Source: Felis catus
Lineage: Eukaryota
Direction of reading: 5' to 3'
Assembly: GCF_018350175.1 (NCBI RefSeq)
Contig: NC_058369.1
Location: 5,210,001 to 5,274,000 of the forward strand
DNA length: 64,000 nt
Shown in pieces: positions 23,298-35,191 of this stretch. The translations under genes and the position numbers were made by a program. The notes under the pieces are model-generated. The model was not told the origin of the DNA. It worked only from the letters and a program-made list of their open reading frames with translations, and did no database searches. The number at the start of each line of letters is the position of its first letter. Position 1 is the stretch's first letter.

Positions 23298-25994
23298 GCA
23301 GAGCTAAAGGAAACCAACAAAGGATTGGGGGGAGAAGTTGCTAGCAATAGGAGGGAAGTCTTTTCAGTCCTTGGCTTACATGGGCAAGGGGATGGAGAAT
23401 CTGGAGAATGCCTCACCCTGTGACAGAAGAATCTAATCATTGCCCTAATGAGCAATCTCTGCAGGAGAGGAGGAGCTTGGAAAATAAAGATTCCCATCTC
23501 TCTCTCTTCCAGCCTCATTCTCTCCTTCCACTGTTGCCATTGGTCAAACTGGGTTGGAGACAGAGCACAAGAGAAGCGTGGTAATCCAGTCCCTGCAGGA
23601 CAACCTCTCAGGGCACAGAGCAGGGTGAAGAAGGATGGAGAACAGATTCTTTCACAATCACCCAGAATGAATTGTTATGAGCTTGTTAAAGTTTGAGAAG
23701 CAGCCATACCCTGCCAAACTGTTCCCTAGACCAAGTATTTCCTTCTTTGGATTGGATTGTGGAACAGACTGGGATTCTGTTGTGGTGACAACCTACTGTT
23801 CCATCAAGGAAATCTGAGATATCCTAAATAGGGATTAAAGAAGTTCATCGATGGATTCTTGTGTCTGATGGCTTCTGCTTTTGTTGTTTCCCAGCTTGTT
23901 CATCACCTCATGGACCACTCTACCGTTTGTCTGTATCCCTCTCTGGGGCTTCACATTCAAACTCTCCAAGAGAGAAGCTGAATGTATTGGCCAGTCAGCA
24001 TCCAATATGGAGAAATACTCTAAGGTAGATTTCTCTGCTTGGGCCACCTCATAGGTTGTTGGTGCTGAATGGTCCCATCAATTGTGGTTAGAAGGTGAAG
24101 TCACACAGTACCATGCCTGACAACGTGTGTAAAAACTTCTTTCAGTCCACTTTGTGAAGTGTATGAGTTAGCCTTGGCTGTGTAACAAACCACCCCCAAA
24201 TTTCATTTGCTTCAAATAACAACTATATTGTTTTGTTCATGATTTTGTAGGTTGGTTAGACATTTCTTCTGGTCTAGTCTAGCCTGACTGCTCTCTGATG
24301 AGCTCTTTCATGCATTTGTGGTCAGTTGATGGGTCAGCTGGTTGCTGGATGATCTAGCATAGCCCTACTCCTACTTCTGTCACTGGCAGGTTGACAACCA
24401 GAGTGGTGGATTGTTAACTAATGAGCCTTCACTCTCTTCCTCATGGCCTCTCATCCTCTAGTAGACTAGCTTGGGCTCCTTCACATGAAGATTTTGGGAA
24501 TCAAGTGCAGCAACAGAGGGCAAGCCCCAATAGGCAAGAACTTTTCAAATCTCTGTTTCCATCCTGTTGGCTGTTGTTCCAGTGGCTAAAGCCAGCCACA
24601 CGGTCAAGTCTAGAGTCAGCATAGGAGAACCATGCACAAAGATGGAGTATTCTTGCATATGTTTGTGCAAATAGTCTGTCATATGCAGAATCAGGCTGCA
24701 AGCACTTAAAATGCTCAGAATTTCAGGGACTTCTCTTGGGGTCAGGCATTTCAGGTTAACGTTCAGATACTTTTCATGTTAGCTCAGCTGACAGTGATAA
24801 ACCTAAGCTTTCATTTGTCATTCAAAAGAAACATTCTCAGCATCACATGGTGCAAATATTTTGAGTCTTACATGGAGGGGCTAACTGCCTGTGGACCATA
24901 TCTAAGTGATTATTTGAATATTTTACTGCATTGACTCTAATTAATTTACAAAATAAATGTCAGGGATAATAAGGTAGATACTTGATAAATGCAACAAAAT
25001 CAAGATAAGGAGTAAATCACTAGATAAGGATTTACTCCTTGTGTGTATTTGGACTTGTTAAACTAGGGTTTTTGTTTTTGTTTTTTGCTGTACCTGTGCT
25101 GGCTCTTAGAAAGATTCTTCTAATATGAACTAGAAGAAAATTTCAGGACACCATGCTAGTGGGACCAATCAAGACTTTCATCAGCCTAGTAGATGAGTGT
25201 AATCGGGATGAGTGACCCTATCTCAAAGTCCAAGAATATGGGCATGTCATTTTCCCAAGATGGTAAACTGAGAAGTGACACCATAATAAGGAACTGGATG
25301 GTACATAGATACACTGGCACAGTGGGATACACTCTCCCACAGCCTGGCCTTCTCTCTCTTGCTAAGAAGTTCACCAAATTAAAGAAGCCTCTCCAAAGTT
25401 GGATCCATTTTCTTGCTGTGAATGGAAGTTGATGCCACTCTCCATTACCTGATTTTCCACACGGAACACCATCATCATTTCCAAACTCATTTTCTGAGAC
25501 ACTTCAATACGATCCACCCTAACGTAACGCACTATTTAAATTACCCAAATGAAAAGAGAACTAAGGGACCCTGCATTATGCAAGCTGCCCAGTCAACACC
25601 CCCAGCCTTCTCATCCACCCACGAGACTCCTTGAGAAATTGGAGTTCCAGATAAGAAGCGATGTACTTCCTTCTTCATTAGCTCTGATAAGCTGTCAGGG
25701 TAAGAAGCAAGAACTTTTCATCTTGTGGGTAAGAACTGATTAGTGTCTTTCCATAGAAAATAGAAAATGTTTCACAGGTGATGTTGGGTCTAGGAAAATG
25801 TCTGGTACTGGAGAGATGTTCAAGGGGACCTCGTTCTGTGTCCTGTTGCTTTGTTTATTGAAAGCTGCTATTGTAGGGATTATTTTCTAGCTTCTGGTCG
25901 TGCAACATGTGGTAATGCAGAACATACTGAAATGTCTTGGTGCTCTCGACAGATGATGAATTATATATTAAGGGGCTTCAGGTGAATTAAAATC

Positions 25995-26435
25995 CAGGCA
26001 TACCTTATTTTACTGCACTTTGCTTAATTGCACTTTGCAAATACAGCATTTCTTTTTTACAACTTGTAGGTTTGTATCAAGAAATCTATTGGCACTATTT
26101 GTTGGACAGCATTTGCTCACTTCGTGTCTCTGTGTCACACTTTGGTAATTCCAGCAGTGTTTCAAATTTTTCATTATTATTATGTTTGTTTGGTGATTTG
26201 TGATCACTAATATGACTCTTGAAAGCTCAGATGGTGGTTAGCATTTTTCAGCAATAAAGCGATGTTTCTGTAATGGATGTACATTTTATATGGATATAAT
26301 GCTATTGCATTATGTAATAGGTTACAGTATAATGTACACATATTTTTATATGCACTGGGAAACCAAAACATTTATTTGACTCACTATATTAAGGGGGTCT
26401 GGAACCCACTCTGCAATATCTCTGAGGTATGTCTG
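25995..26435 (+). mobile_element. Internally deleted Tigger1-like DNA transposon
   Basis: Terminal inverted repeats caggcatacct ... aggtatgtctg, with TA at the right end. Confidence 0.8.
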
Positions 26436-26924
26436 TAATAAAGTTTCAAGAAACGAGCCTGAAGCAGACGTAGCATATAACCAATTTGTTACTGAAAATG
26501 AAGAAAACAAGACCTAGAAAGACGAATATGTTCACTGAGGTCACATAGTGAATTAACAAGCTTTGTCACTCCCCACGCCTCACCTCCACGATAAACACAT
26601 CAGCACAATTAAATGCAAGGCTCACTGTCAAAGGATTGTCTATTTCGTTCATGGCCAAAGTGACTCACTGTACAGGTCAGTGTTTTCCAGCTGTTTGTGA
26701 CCCACTGGAGGGGGGCAGGGTCATGAAACCAACTTAGTGGGTATTATAACCAGCATTTTAAAAGGAATGCAAGGGACTATAATTATAAAATATCAAATGT
26801 AGCATGTTAATTTGTGAAACTTGGTTCAGTTTGCCCTCTCTCTCTCTCTGTCTCTAATGAAAATGTATTTCTTATAGTGAGTCATGGTCAAAAATCTCTC
26901 CAAGTCAGCATTCTAAGTATGTAA

Positions 26925-27412
26925 AAAAAAAAAAAAGCCAGCCACAGAAAGACAAATACTGTATGATCTCTGCTATATGTCGGAGTTACAATACTCAAAT
27001 CCATAGAAGCAGAGGGTAGAACGGTGGTTGCCAGGGGTTAGGGGATGGGGGAAATGAGAAGTGATGGTCAAAGGGTACAAAATTTCAGTTACACAAGATG
27101 ATAAGTTCTGGAGATATACTATGCAACATGGCGCCCACAGCTAACAACACTGTATTATATACTTACAATATGCTAAGGGGATAGATCTTATGTTAAGTGT
27201 TTGTATCACACATGTATGTGTGCATACACATAAACACACACAAATAATCACAAAGGGGCAGGAGAAAACTCTAGGAGGTGATGGATATCTTTATGGCCTT
27301 GATGGTGGTAATGGTTTCATGGATATATACTTAAGCCCAAACTCATTGAGTTGCACACATTAAACATGTACAGCTGTTCACATGCCAATCATACCTCAGT
27401 AAAGTGATCTTA
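26925..27412 (+). mobile_element. Old L1 3' end fragment
   Basis: L1M 3' UTR motifs (cagaaagacaaatactgtatgatctc, ggtggttgccagggg, cagtaaagt). Confidence 0.75.
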
Positions 27413-27426
27413 AGAAACCCAAAAGA

Positions 27427-27880
27427 GGGGCCCCTGCATGGCTCAGTTGTTTGAGCATCTGACTTTAGCACAGGTCATAATCTCATGGTTTATGAGTTCG
27501 AGCTCCACATTGCGCTTACTGCTGTGAGCGCAGAGCCCGCTTTGGATCCTCTCTTCCCCCTCTCGCTCTGTCCCTCCCTGGCTTGTGCTCTCTTTCTCTC
27601 TCTCAAAAATAAATAAACATTTAAAAGAAGACACAAAAGACCAAATCAGCATTGCTAAAGGTTTCAGTGGTTCTGAAAAACATGATCACCTCCTTCACAT
27701 AAAATGCTCACTTTAGTTAAGCCAGTTTCAAAAGAAGCCTCAGAAAAGAATTATCCTCATCTAGACATGATTTTTTTTTTAGTTTTTTAAAAAGTAAGCT
27801 CTATGCCCAACATGGGGCTTGAACTCACAACCCTGACATCAAGAGTCACATGCTCTACTAACTGAACCTGCTAGGTGCCC
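27427..27880. mobile_element. Two CAN-SINEs (+ about 27427-27630; - short, about 27770-27880)
   Basis: SINE heads and tails. Confidence 0.8.
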
Positions 27881-28761
27881 GTAGACATAATTTCTTCACA
27901 CGAAGAGTTTCCACAGTATATTTTGGAAGTAGGTTTTTGGAAGGGAAGAGAGCCATGAATCAAATAAAGGAAATGGATGTTGAGAGAAGGGAAAGCATCC
28001 AGGAGATTACAAGTATAAGTCCTCCAAGATTCCCAGGTACAGAATTTGACTTGCGATTATATGATTTGTCCATTGCAGATATTAAAAGCTGGTGGCCCAC
28101 TGGTTCTGCAATTAGGGAAAAAGTAGAATTGAATGTCTTTAGATAGAGCCCAGAATCTTCAGTTCTCCACACACCTCCTTGCTTCCCCAAAATGGCCTTG
28201 CTTATTTATATTACATGTTTTGCACCTAGGAAACGCTGAGGCTTAGTATCTCATTGCACTTTATATGTGGGTTTTGGACTCAGCCTGACTTTTCCAAGTC
28301 TTAGCTTTGCATTGTGCTAGCAGTGCCACCTGGAGCAGGTGACAGACTCTCTTCAAGCCTCAATTTCATCACTGGAAGAGTGGGAAGATATTATATGATC
28401 TACATCACAAGGTGGTTGTGAGCTTTCAATGAAACAATAGCGTCAAAACACTTAGTAAGGGACTTAGCCCACCACAGAAGTTCCATAAATGTTTTTGGGA
28501 CGTGAGACTAGAAGGCTAACAGAAGTATGCGCAGCAAAATTTGACTTGCATGCTAGATGCCAGCACATAATGTGTGACTAGCCTGTTCAGGCCATCGGGA
28601 CTAAGAGTTTTTTCTGAAAGGGGCCTTCTGAGGCCACTACTTTGTTCCTGGGGGAGCTTCACAGGACCCTGTGAATTCTCAACGCCTCTTGATAATGGAT
28701 CAATCCTTAACACACAAAGTCGTGGTTATAATTGGCGTCAGGAAAGAGACATGGGAGACCT

Positions 28762-28817
28762 TCATCACTGCCATTGTCATCACCACCACCATCATCACCA
28801 TAACCACTACCACAGCC
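28762..28817. repeat. Imperfect (CAC/CAT)n trinucleotide repeat
   Basis: catcactgccattgtcatcaccaccaccatcatcaccataaccactaccac. Confidence 0.8.
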
Positions 28818-29383
28818 CAGCAATTGCACTACGAGGTATTTACCCAAAGGACACCAAGTACAGATTTGAAGGGGAACATGCACCCTGATATTTATGGCAG
28901 CACCGTCAACAATAGCCCAATGATGGAAAGAGCCCAAGGCCCATTGACTGATGAATGGATAAAGAAGATATAGTGTAAATATATACATCAAAAAGAATGA
29001 AAGCTTGCCATTTGCAGCAACACACACGGAGCTAGAATGTATTATGCTAAGTGAAATAAGTCAATCAGAGAAAGACAAATACCATAGGATTTCAGTTATA
29101 TGTGGAATTTAAGAAACAAAACAGATGAACATACGGGAAGGGGAGGTGGGGAAGAGGAGAGAGGGAAACAAACCATAATTGACTCTTAGCAATAGAGAAC
29201 AAACTGAGGGTTGATAGAAGGAGGTGGGTGGGGGATGGGCTAGATAGGTGATGGGGATTAAGGAGGGCACTTGTTGGGATGAGCACTGGGTGTTGTATGT
29301 AAGTGAGGAATCGCTGAGTTCTACTCCTGAAACCAATATTGCAGTGTATGTTAACTAATTAAAATTTAAAAAAGAAAAAAAAA
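28818..29383 (+). mobile_element. 5'-truncated carnivore L1 (end of ORF2 plus 3' UTR plus A tail) ending about 160 bp upstream of the ADGRE4 ATG
   Basis: PAIALRGIYPKDT-like peptide, carnivore L1 3' UTR, poly(A) tail. Confidence 0.88.
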
Positions 29384-29540
29384 GGCAGAAATCAAAATGT
29401 TTTGAGAAGCATTGGCCACCTGGTCCCTGAAGTCTGTGACCATCCGAAATTGACTTTCATGGGGTTTATTCATTCCAGGAACCCTTGGCACGTCCTGTTT
29501 GAGAGTGCTTCTCAATTGTTGCTTCTGATATCTCAGTGCT

Positions 29541-29571
29541 ATGGGAAGCAGGTGTCTGCCCCTGCTCTCAG
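29541..29571 (+). CDS. ADGRE4: ADGRE4 (EMR4) first coding exon, start of signal peptide (MGSRCLPLLS-G)
   Basis: gctATGG Kozak context, donor G|GTGAGT, 31 nt, phase 1. MGSR.. matches the recalled EMR4 N-terminus. Not in the ORF track. Confidence 0.85.
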
Positions 29572-30295
29572 GTGAGTGCAACAAAGAATTCTCTCTTCTC
29601 CCCATGACCCTGATATCCCAGTTTGGGTTGCTCCCCCAAATTTGGCACTTTGTGCAGAAATGACTGTGTGAACCAGTCCTATTAGAAACTCTCACACTGA
29701 GTCTCTTAGTTGCTCTCCCCAAGCATAAGTAAGACAAAGACTTGGATGTAAGTAGTTCACTTGGGAAGGGATCCCAGGAGGCACACAGGAGGGAGTGGAG
29801 GATGCCAGATGGGACAGAGACAAGAGCAGATGAAGGATGTGTTAACAATGAGTTACCTCTGTAATGGGTAACTGCCATTCAACACTGCTGGGGAGCCCCC
29901 AAGAGGGAATACCTAACGTGCCTTAGCAGGGCAAGGAGACTGGGCTATACACCCTTGGTCCTCATCTCTCACAGCTAGATAGCCACTCCAGCATAACTTC
30001 TGAACATTTGGGGCTTGTCCCCCACAGGCTGCAGAAAATGCTCTCCTACTGAAAGACAGAGTAAGTTATCTGTATGGATAGGAGCCTTTTCAGGGGAAGA
30101 CTATAGGGGAACACTTCAAGGGTCTGCTATAGTGATCAACCACCAAGAGGGTCCAGGGTTGGACTACTGTAGTTTAGTACAATGACCTGGGCCTATACCT
30201 ACCCTTCTGCTCTGGGATTTTGAATCTGCAAGGTATGGGTTAAACCAGGCTTGTTAGATGATCTTATTAGCAAGCATGTGATGTCCAGTATATGT

Positions 30296-30600
30296 CAGGG
30301 GTGGGCAAACTTTTTCTATCAAGGGCCAGATAATTACTGTTCTCAGCTTTGTGGGCCATGTGGTCTCCCTCTGAACTCCTCAACTCTGCACTGCCATATA
30401 AGAGTACCCCCAAGCCTTCCTCCAACTGATGGGCATGGCTGTGTTCCAATAAAACTTGATTTATATTGACCATGTAAGAACTGTAAAAACCATTCCTAGC
30501 TCACAGGCCTGGAGCTGTGGTCTGAATTTGACCTGTGGGCCATAGTCTGCAGTGGTCTGAATTTGACCTGTGGGCCATAGTCTGCAGACCCCTGCCCCAT
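30296..30600. mobile_element. MER58-like hAT MITE with a perfect internal 35-bp tandem duplication (30517-30586)
   Basis: Ends caggggtgggcaaactttt ... gcagacccctg. Confidence 0.75.
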
Positions 30601-31145
30601 AGGGACCAAGCAATATTTCTTTTTTGTGAAGAAAGCATTCACAAGGATATGGCTGGTATTTGGGCTTTTTTTTTTTTTTTTTTTTTTTTTTTCAGAAATG
30701 GCCATGTCATATGATTCAGCCTGTTATCATGAATCCTTAAAGGTCATGTTTTTGTCAGTACCCATAATATGAAGCATAGTAAATATTACAGAGGAGGCAG
30801 AAAGAGCCTTATCTTGTCCAAGGGATCTGTCTCATTCTGTGATCATCCAAACGGGCCACGGGCAGATTTCTTACTCTTCCCCCTTCCGTGTGGTACAAAT
30901 TCAAATTACTTTCATCTTACTTGTCATACTTAAACCACCTGGGGGCTGGTGTTAGCTGTGAAAGCCAACGCCTCCAGATTTTAGCAAAGGATCCCAGCAC
31001 AGCCTGCTTGTGAGGAAAGAGAAAAAAAATCCAAGAAAAAACATTTTTCAAGTTCCTGGTTATTTGCCGCCTATATGTACCTTGAGGGAGTGATATTAGG
31101 AAACAGGTAGAAAGCTTTCTGCATTTCTAAATTCATCCCCAACTT

Positions 31146-31893
31146 AAAAAAAAATTTTTTTTTAACGTTTATTTATTCTTGAGAGAGAGAAAGAGACAGA
31201 GCATGAGTAAGGGAGGGCCAGAGAGAGAGGGAGACACAGTCTGAAGCAGGCTCCAGGCTCCGAGCTGTCAGCACAGAGCCCAATGTGGGGCTTGAACCCA
31301 CAAACCACGACATCATGACCTGAGCCTGAAGTCGGTTGCTTAACTGACTGAGCCACCCCAACTTTAATATAAAGCTTCATCTAAAAATGTGGGAGATATT
31401 TTTAAGTCATCCTCAAAATGGACCATGCCCCAAACATGCTCATCCATTCCAAATTTCCCACAGTCTTGGACTTTGAGGCTTCTTATGGTCTGTGCTATTC
31501 AGATGCCCTCTTACTCCAGAGAAAGCACTGGTTACTAGGAGTTAGACCTGGGCTATGTACTGCCATAGCCACCAGGCACGTGTTGGTCTTGAGCACTAGA
31601 GAACAGGCCAGCCTGAGTGGAGATTGGCCCCACGTGCAAAATGCATCCTTGGGGGCGCCTGGGTGGTGCAGTCGGTTAAGCGTCCGACTTCAGCCAGGTC
31701 ACGATCTCGCGGTCCGTGAGTTCGAGCCCCGCGTCAGGCTCTGGGCTGATGGCTCGGAGCCTGGAGCCTGTTTCCGATTCTGTGTCTCCCTCTCTCTCTG
31801 CCCCTCCCCTGTTCATGCTCTGTCTCTCTCTGTCCCAAAAATAAATAAACGTTGAAAAAAAATTTAAAAAAAAACAAAAAACAAAAAAAACAA
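31146..31893. mobile_element. Two CAN-SINEs (- about 31146-31358; + young, 31651-31891, TSD aaaatgcatcctt)
   Basis: SINE bodies and TSD directly visible. Confidence 0.92.
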
Positions 31894-32256
31894 AATGCAT
31901 CCTTGGTCTCAAAGACTATCTTACACGCAGGAAAGAATGCAAAACACTTTATGAATAATTTGTCACATCTGGATTGCGGGTTGAAATGATCACATCTTGA
32001 CTCTATTGGGTCAAACACAATAATAAAATTAATTTCACCTGTTTTTCTCAGCCTTTAAAAACGCAGCTACTAGCAAATTTAAAAGGACCCACGTGGCTCA
32101 CATTATATCTCCCTCGGACAGTGTGGGGCTAGAGGTCTAGACAGGTCTAGGTGCACTGTTGCATGTGGAAAGGAGTTTGGCAGTTGGCCTTTCGGTGCTA
32201 CGCTTGGAGAAAAGCTTTATGAGCCGCTGACTTTTCAGAAATCGGGACGCACAGCT

Positions 32257-33053
32257 AATGATATTGTGATTTATAATGAGATATACGTCTTTGGGCTTTG
32301 TCCCCATTTGGGAATTTCCCTGAGGAGAGTGATTGAAAAAGGTGTCTCCTGTTATGGTAGGGTGATTTGGAAAACTCACGGCAGGGCGGGGCTAGGGCTG
32401 GGGGCGGGGCGGGGGCGGGGCGGGGCCGGGGAGGGTGGGGCGGGGCCGGGGCCGGGGAGCCAATCACGTAATCAGCAGGCTAACCCTTTCAGCCCCACCC
32501 CCTGATTTTCAGGGAGGGGCGAAGAGCTGCAGGGCGGGTAGCCAGCCGAGGGTCAAGGGTCTAATCAATCTTGCCTGTGTGAGGAAGTCTCCCTAAGACC
32601 CGAGAGGCTGCTGGGGCTGGTGAAGCTGGTCTGCGGAGAGTGGCCTCCCGGAGAGGGCAAGGAGGCTCTGCGCCCTTCCCCTGTTATCTTGCCCCATCCC
32701 TCCTCCATCCAGTGTTCCTGCGTGATACCTTTTCCTAACAGGTCAGCAATCTAGTAACTGCAATGTTTCTCTGAGCTGCTCCAGCGCATTAATGCAGCAG
32801 GAGAGGGAGGTGACAACTTAGGCTTTCTACGGCTTCTGAAGGCGGGGGTGGGGGGGGGTGCGGGGGGGCAGGCTTGTGGGAGCAAGCCCTTAACCTGTGG
32901 GATCTGATGCTGTCTCTGGGTAGATGGTGCAGAAGTTGAGCTGAATTGTAGGACACCTAGCTGGTGTCAGAGCACTGATTGCTGGTGTGGGAAACACCCC
33001 CCACCCCCCACACAAACTTTCCCACATTGAAACTGGGTGTAGACCCTAGTACA
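32257..33053 (+). mobile_element. MER21-like solo LTR in ADGRE4 intron 1 with an internal GC-rich expansion
   Basis: Starts tgatattgtgatttataatgagatatac; shares ctttcagccccacccc, aatcaatcttgcctgtgt and cttgccccatc blocks with the minus-strand copy at 22440-23297. Boundaries approximate. Confidence 0.7.
32381..32540. promoter_or_regulatory. GC-box (Sp/KLF) array plus CCAAT box, CpG-rich; candidate promoter or enhancer, G-quadruplex-capable
   Basis: Six GGGCGG hexamers in 32384-32443, CCAAT at 32460-32464, CACGTA at 32465-32470, another GGGCGG at 32532. Confidence 0.5.
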
Positions 33054-33220
33054 GCTGCAATCAGATGGCCCTGGCCCGCTTCACTAGTATATGATGCCCT
33101 CCCTGACCCTCACCTTTGTAATCTGCCAGGAAGAATCTGCAATGAAGTCAGCAGGGTATGCCCCGCCCTATCCCCATTGGGCTTCAGCCAAGCTGAACTG
33201 TCCCCCTCTCTCTGTTCCAG

Positions 33221-33271
33221 GTCTCACTGTCCTGCTGGCTCTGTCAGGATCACATGTCAAAAATTCTGAAG
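33221..33271 (+). CDS. ADGRE4: ADGRE4 coding exon 2, rest of signal peptide (GLTVLLALSGSHVKNSE)
   Basis: Acceptor ctctctgttccAG, donor G|GTGAGC; 51 nt, phase 1/1. Completes a hydrophobic signal peptide. Confidence 0.85.
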
Positions 33272-33744
33272 GTGAGCTTACTCATTGTCAAATTCCAGGG
33301 AACGGAAATTAGGGTCTGCAACCTGCCTCAAGGAGGGGGAAGGAGCCCTCTTCAAGGGACACCACATATATCCCTCCTGCCTTCTTCCTACTGCCTGCAG
33401 CTCCCAAGGACTGCCCCCCGCCTTTGCATCATCATCGCCATTTATGTAACTCGTGCTTTGCACCAGGCTCAATGCTAAGCAAATTGCACACTGATTCCAT
33501 GCAATGCTGACATTCCTACAGAGAAGGTCCTGACCGTATCCTCACTTGACCAGTGGCCCTCTGGAGAAGTAGCTGGCTCAAGGTCGCACAGCTGGTGGAT
33601 GGTGGACTGTGCCCTTTCTTTCCCAGAGCCTGTGTCCAAGTCATGGCAGGAGATACTTTTGCTTTTCCCCATGTCCTGGGTTGCGTCCCTCCAGAAGCAC
33701 ACCCTGAGAAAAGGACCTGAGAACAAGTCATTTATCTGGGAGGT

Positions 33745-34343
33745 TGATGAGTTTGGGGGGTGATAGTTCATGGGGTCTGGAGCCTACGACCAAGAAAGAA
33801 TTCTTGAAGACATCTTTGTTGCAAAAAGGTGATTTTATTGAAGCATGGGGACAGGACCCCTGGGCAGGAAGAGCTGCCCCGGGACGATGAGTAGAAACTG
33901 GTTATATACCATGCGGTTGTAGGAGGTCTAATCCAGGGGAGGTTTCTAGTGAGAGTTTCATATTTCCTAAGAAGACTCACAGGATAGCTATTGTCAGGCT
34001 AAGGTTGTTTTTCCCTCTAGCAAAGCATTAGCATTAAGACAGTAGGGAGTTCCTGTAGAAACATTTTACTCTGCCCGCCCCCTCAAGTATTTGTCAATGG
34101 GCTGCAGATTATAAGGAAATTGAGTTGTATCTGCCCTTTCCTTCTGCCTTTGTTTCCCACATCACTGTGGAGGGGTGATGGAGACTTAGGTCCTGCAGGA
34201 CTATGGTCTCTATTAGTTAACCCTGTGTTTTTCCCCTTCCCTTGGTTCTTGGGCGGCCAGGAGAGCCAGAGGAATATCACACATATATTGCACCTGGTGG
34301 GGAGGCGAGGGTTGCAGTGGCCTGTCAGCTTGTTCCCTCGTCA
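33745..34343 (-). mobile_element. About 600-bp ERV solo LTR in ADGRE4 intron 2, antisense, nested in an older MaLR-like fragment
   Basis: TG...CA ends with inverted termini tgatgag/ctcgtca; 5-bp TSD gaggt/gaggg; AATAAA on the minus strand (tttatt near 33834). Confidence 0.8.
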
Positions 34344-34514
34344 GAGGGGATGCTAGGAAGTGCCAGGTGGGAGTGGGAAATTTCCTGGGAAGGCGAGGAG
34401 CCATAAGGACCCATTGTCAAGCAGGTTACGTGTAACAATGGGAGCTGGGATGTACTAAGGAGTGTGCACCCCAGCGTTATGCCCCTTGATGAGCAAGGAA
34501 GCTGTTATCTTCTT

Positions 34515-35134
34515 AAACGTGTGGTAAAATACACATAACATAAAATTCACCATCATGATCATTTTAAAGTGTGCGGCTCAGTGACATCAAACACATTTAC
34601 ACTGTTGTGTAACCATCCCCACCAACCACCTCGAGAACATTTTTCCTCTTCTGAAACTCTTCCCCATTGAACAATTCCCCATTTGCCTTCCCACCAGCCC
34701 CAGGATCCACTATGTGCTTTCTGTCTTTAGGAATTCGACTCCTCTAGGGACCTCCTGTATGTAGCATCAAACAGTAGTCATCCTTTGATGACTGCTTTAT
34801 TTACCCACCGTAATGTCTTCAGAGCTCACTCATGTTGTTGTAGCAGGTGTTGGAATTTCCTTCTTTCTTAAAGCTGAATAACATTCCATTGTATGGATGG
34901 GCCACATGGTGTTTATTCATCTGTCAGTGGACTCGTGGGGTGTTTCCACCTTTCGGCTACTGTGAATAATGCAGCTATGAACACAAGTGTGCAAATATCT
35001 CTCCAAACCCCTCCTTTCAGTTCTTTGGGATATATACCTAAAAACAGAATTGCTGTATCATATGGTAATTCTATAAATTTTTTAATTATTATTTTTGAGA
35101 GAGAGAGCGCGAGCATGAGCAGGGGAGGGGCAGA

Positions 35135-35191
<57 letters not shown>

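Noticed and set aside
28574..28888. ORF with a poly-His run
   Set aside because: It is a (CAC/CAT)n simple repeat fused to an L1 ORF2 remnant.
29366..29878. 170-aa minus-strand ORF overlapping the ADGRE4 start exon
   Set aside because: No recognisable domain; it begins in an LTR-like fossil and ends in an L1 A tail, so it is probably a chance ORF.
32255..32505. Pro-rich (minus) and Gly-rich (plus) ORFs
   Set aside because: By-products of the (GGGGC)n tract inside an LTR; no coding evidence.
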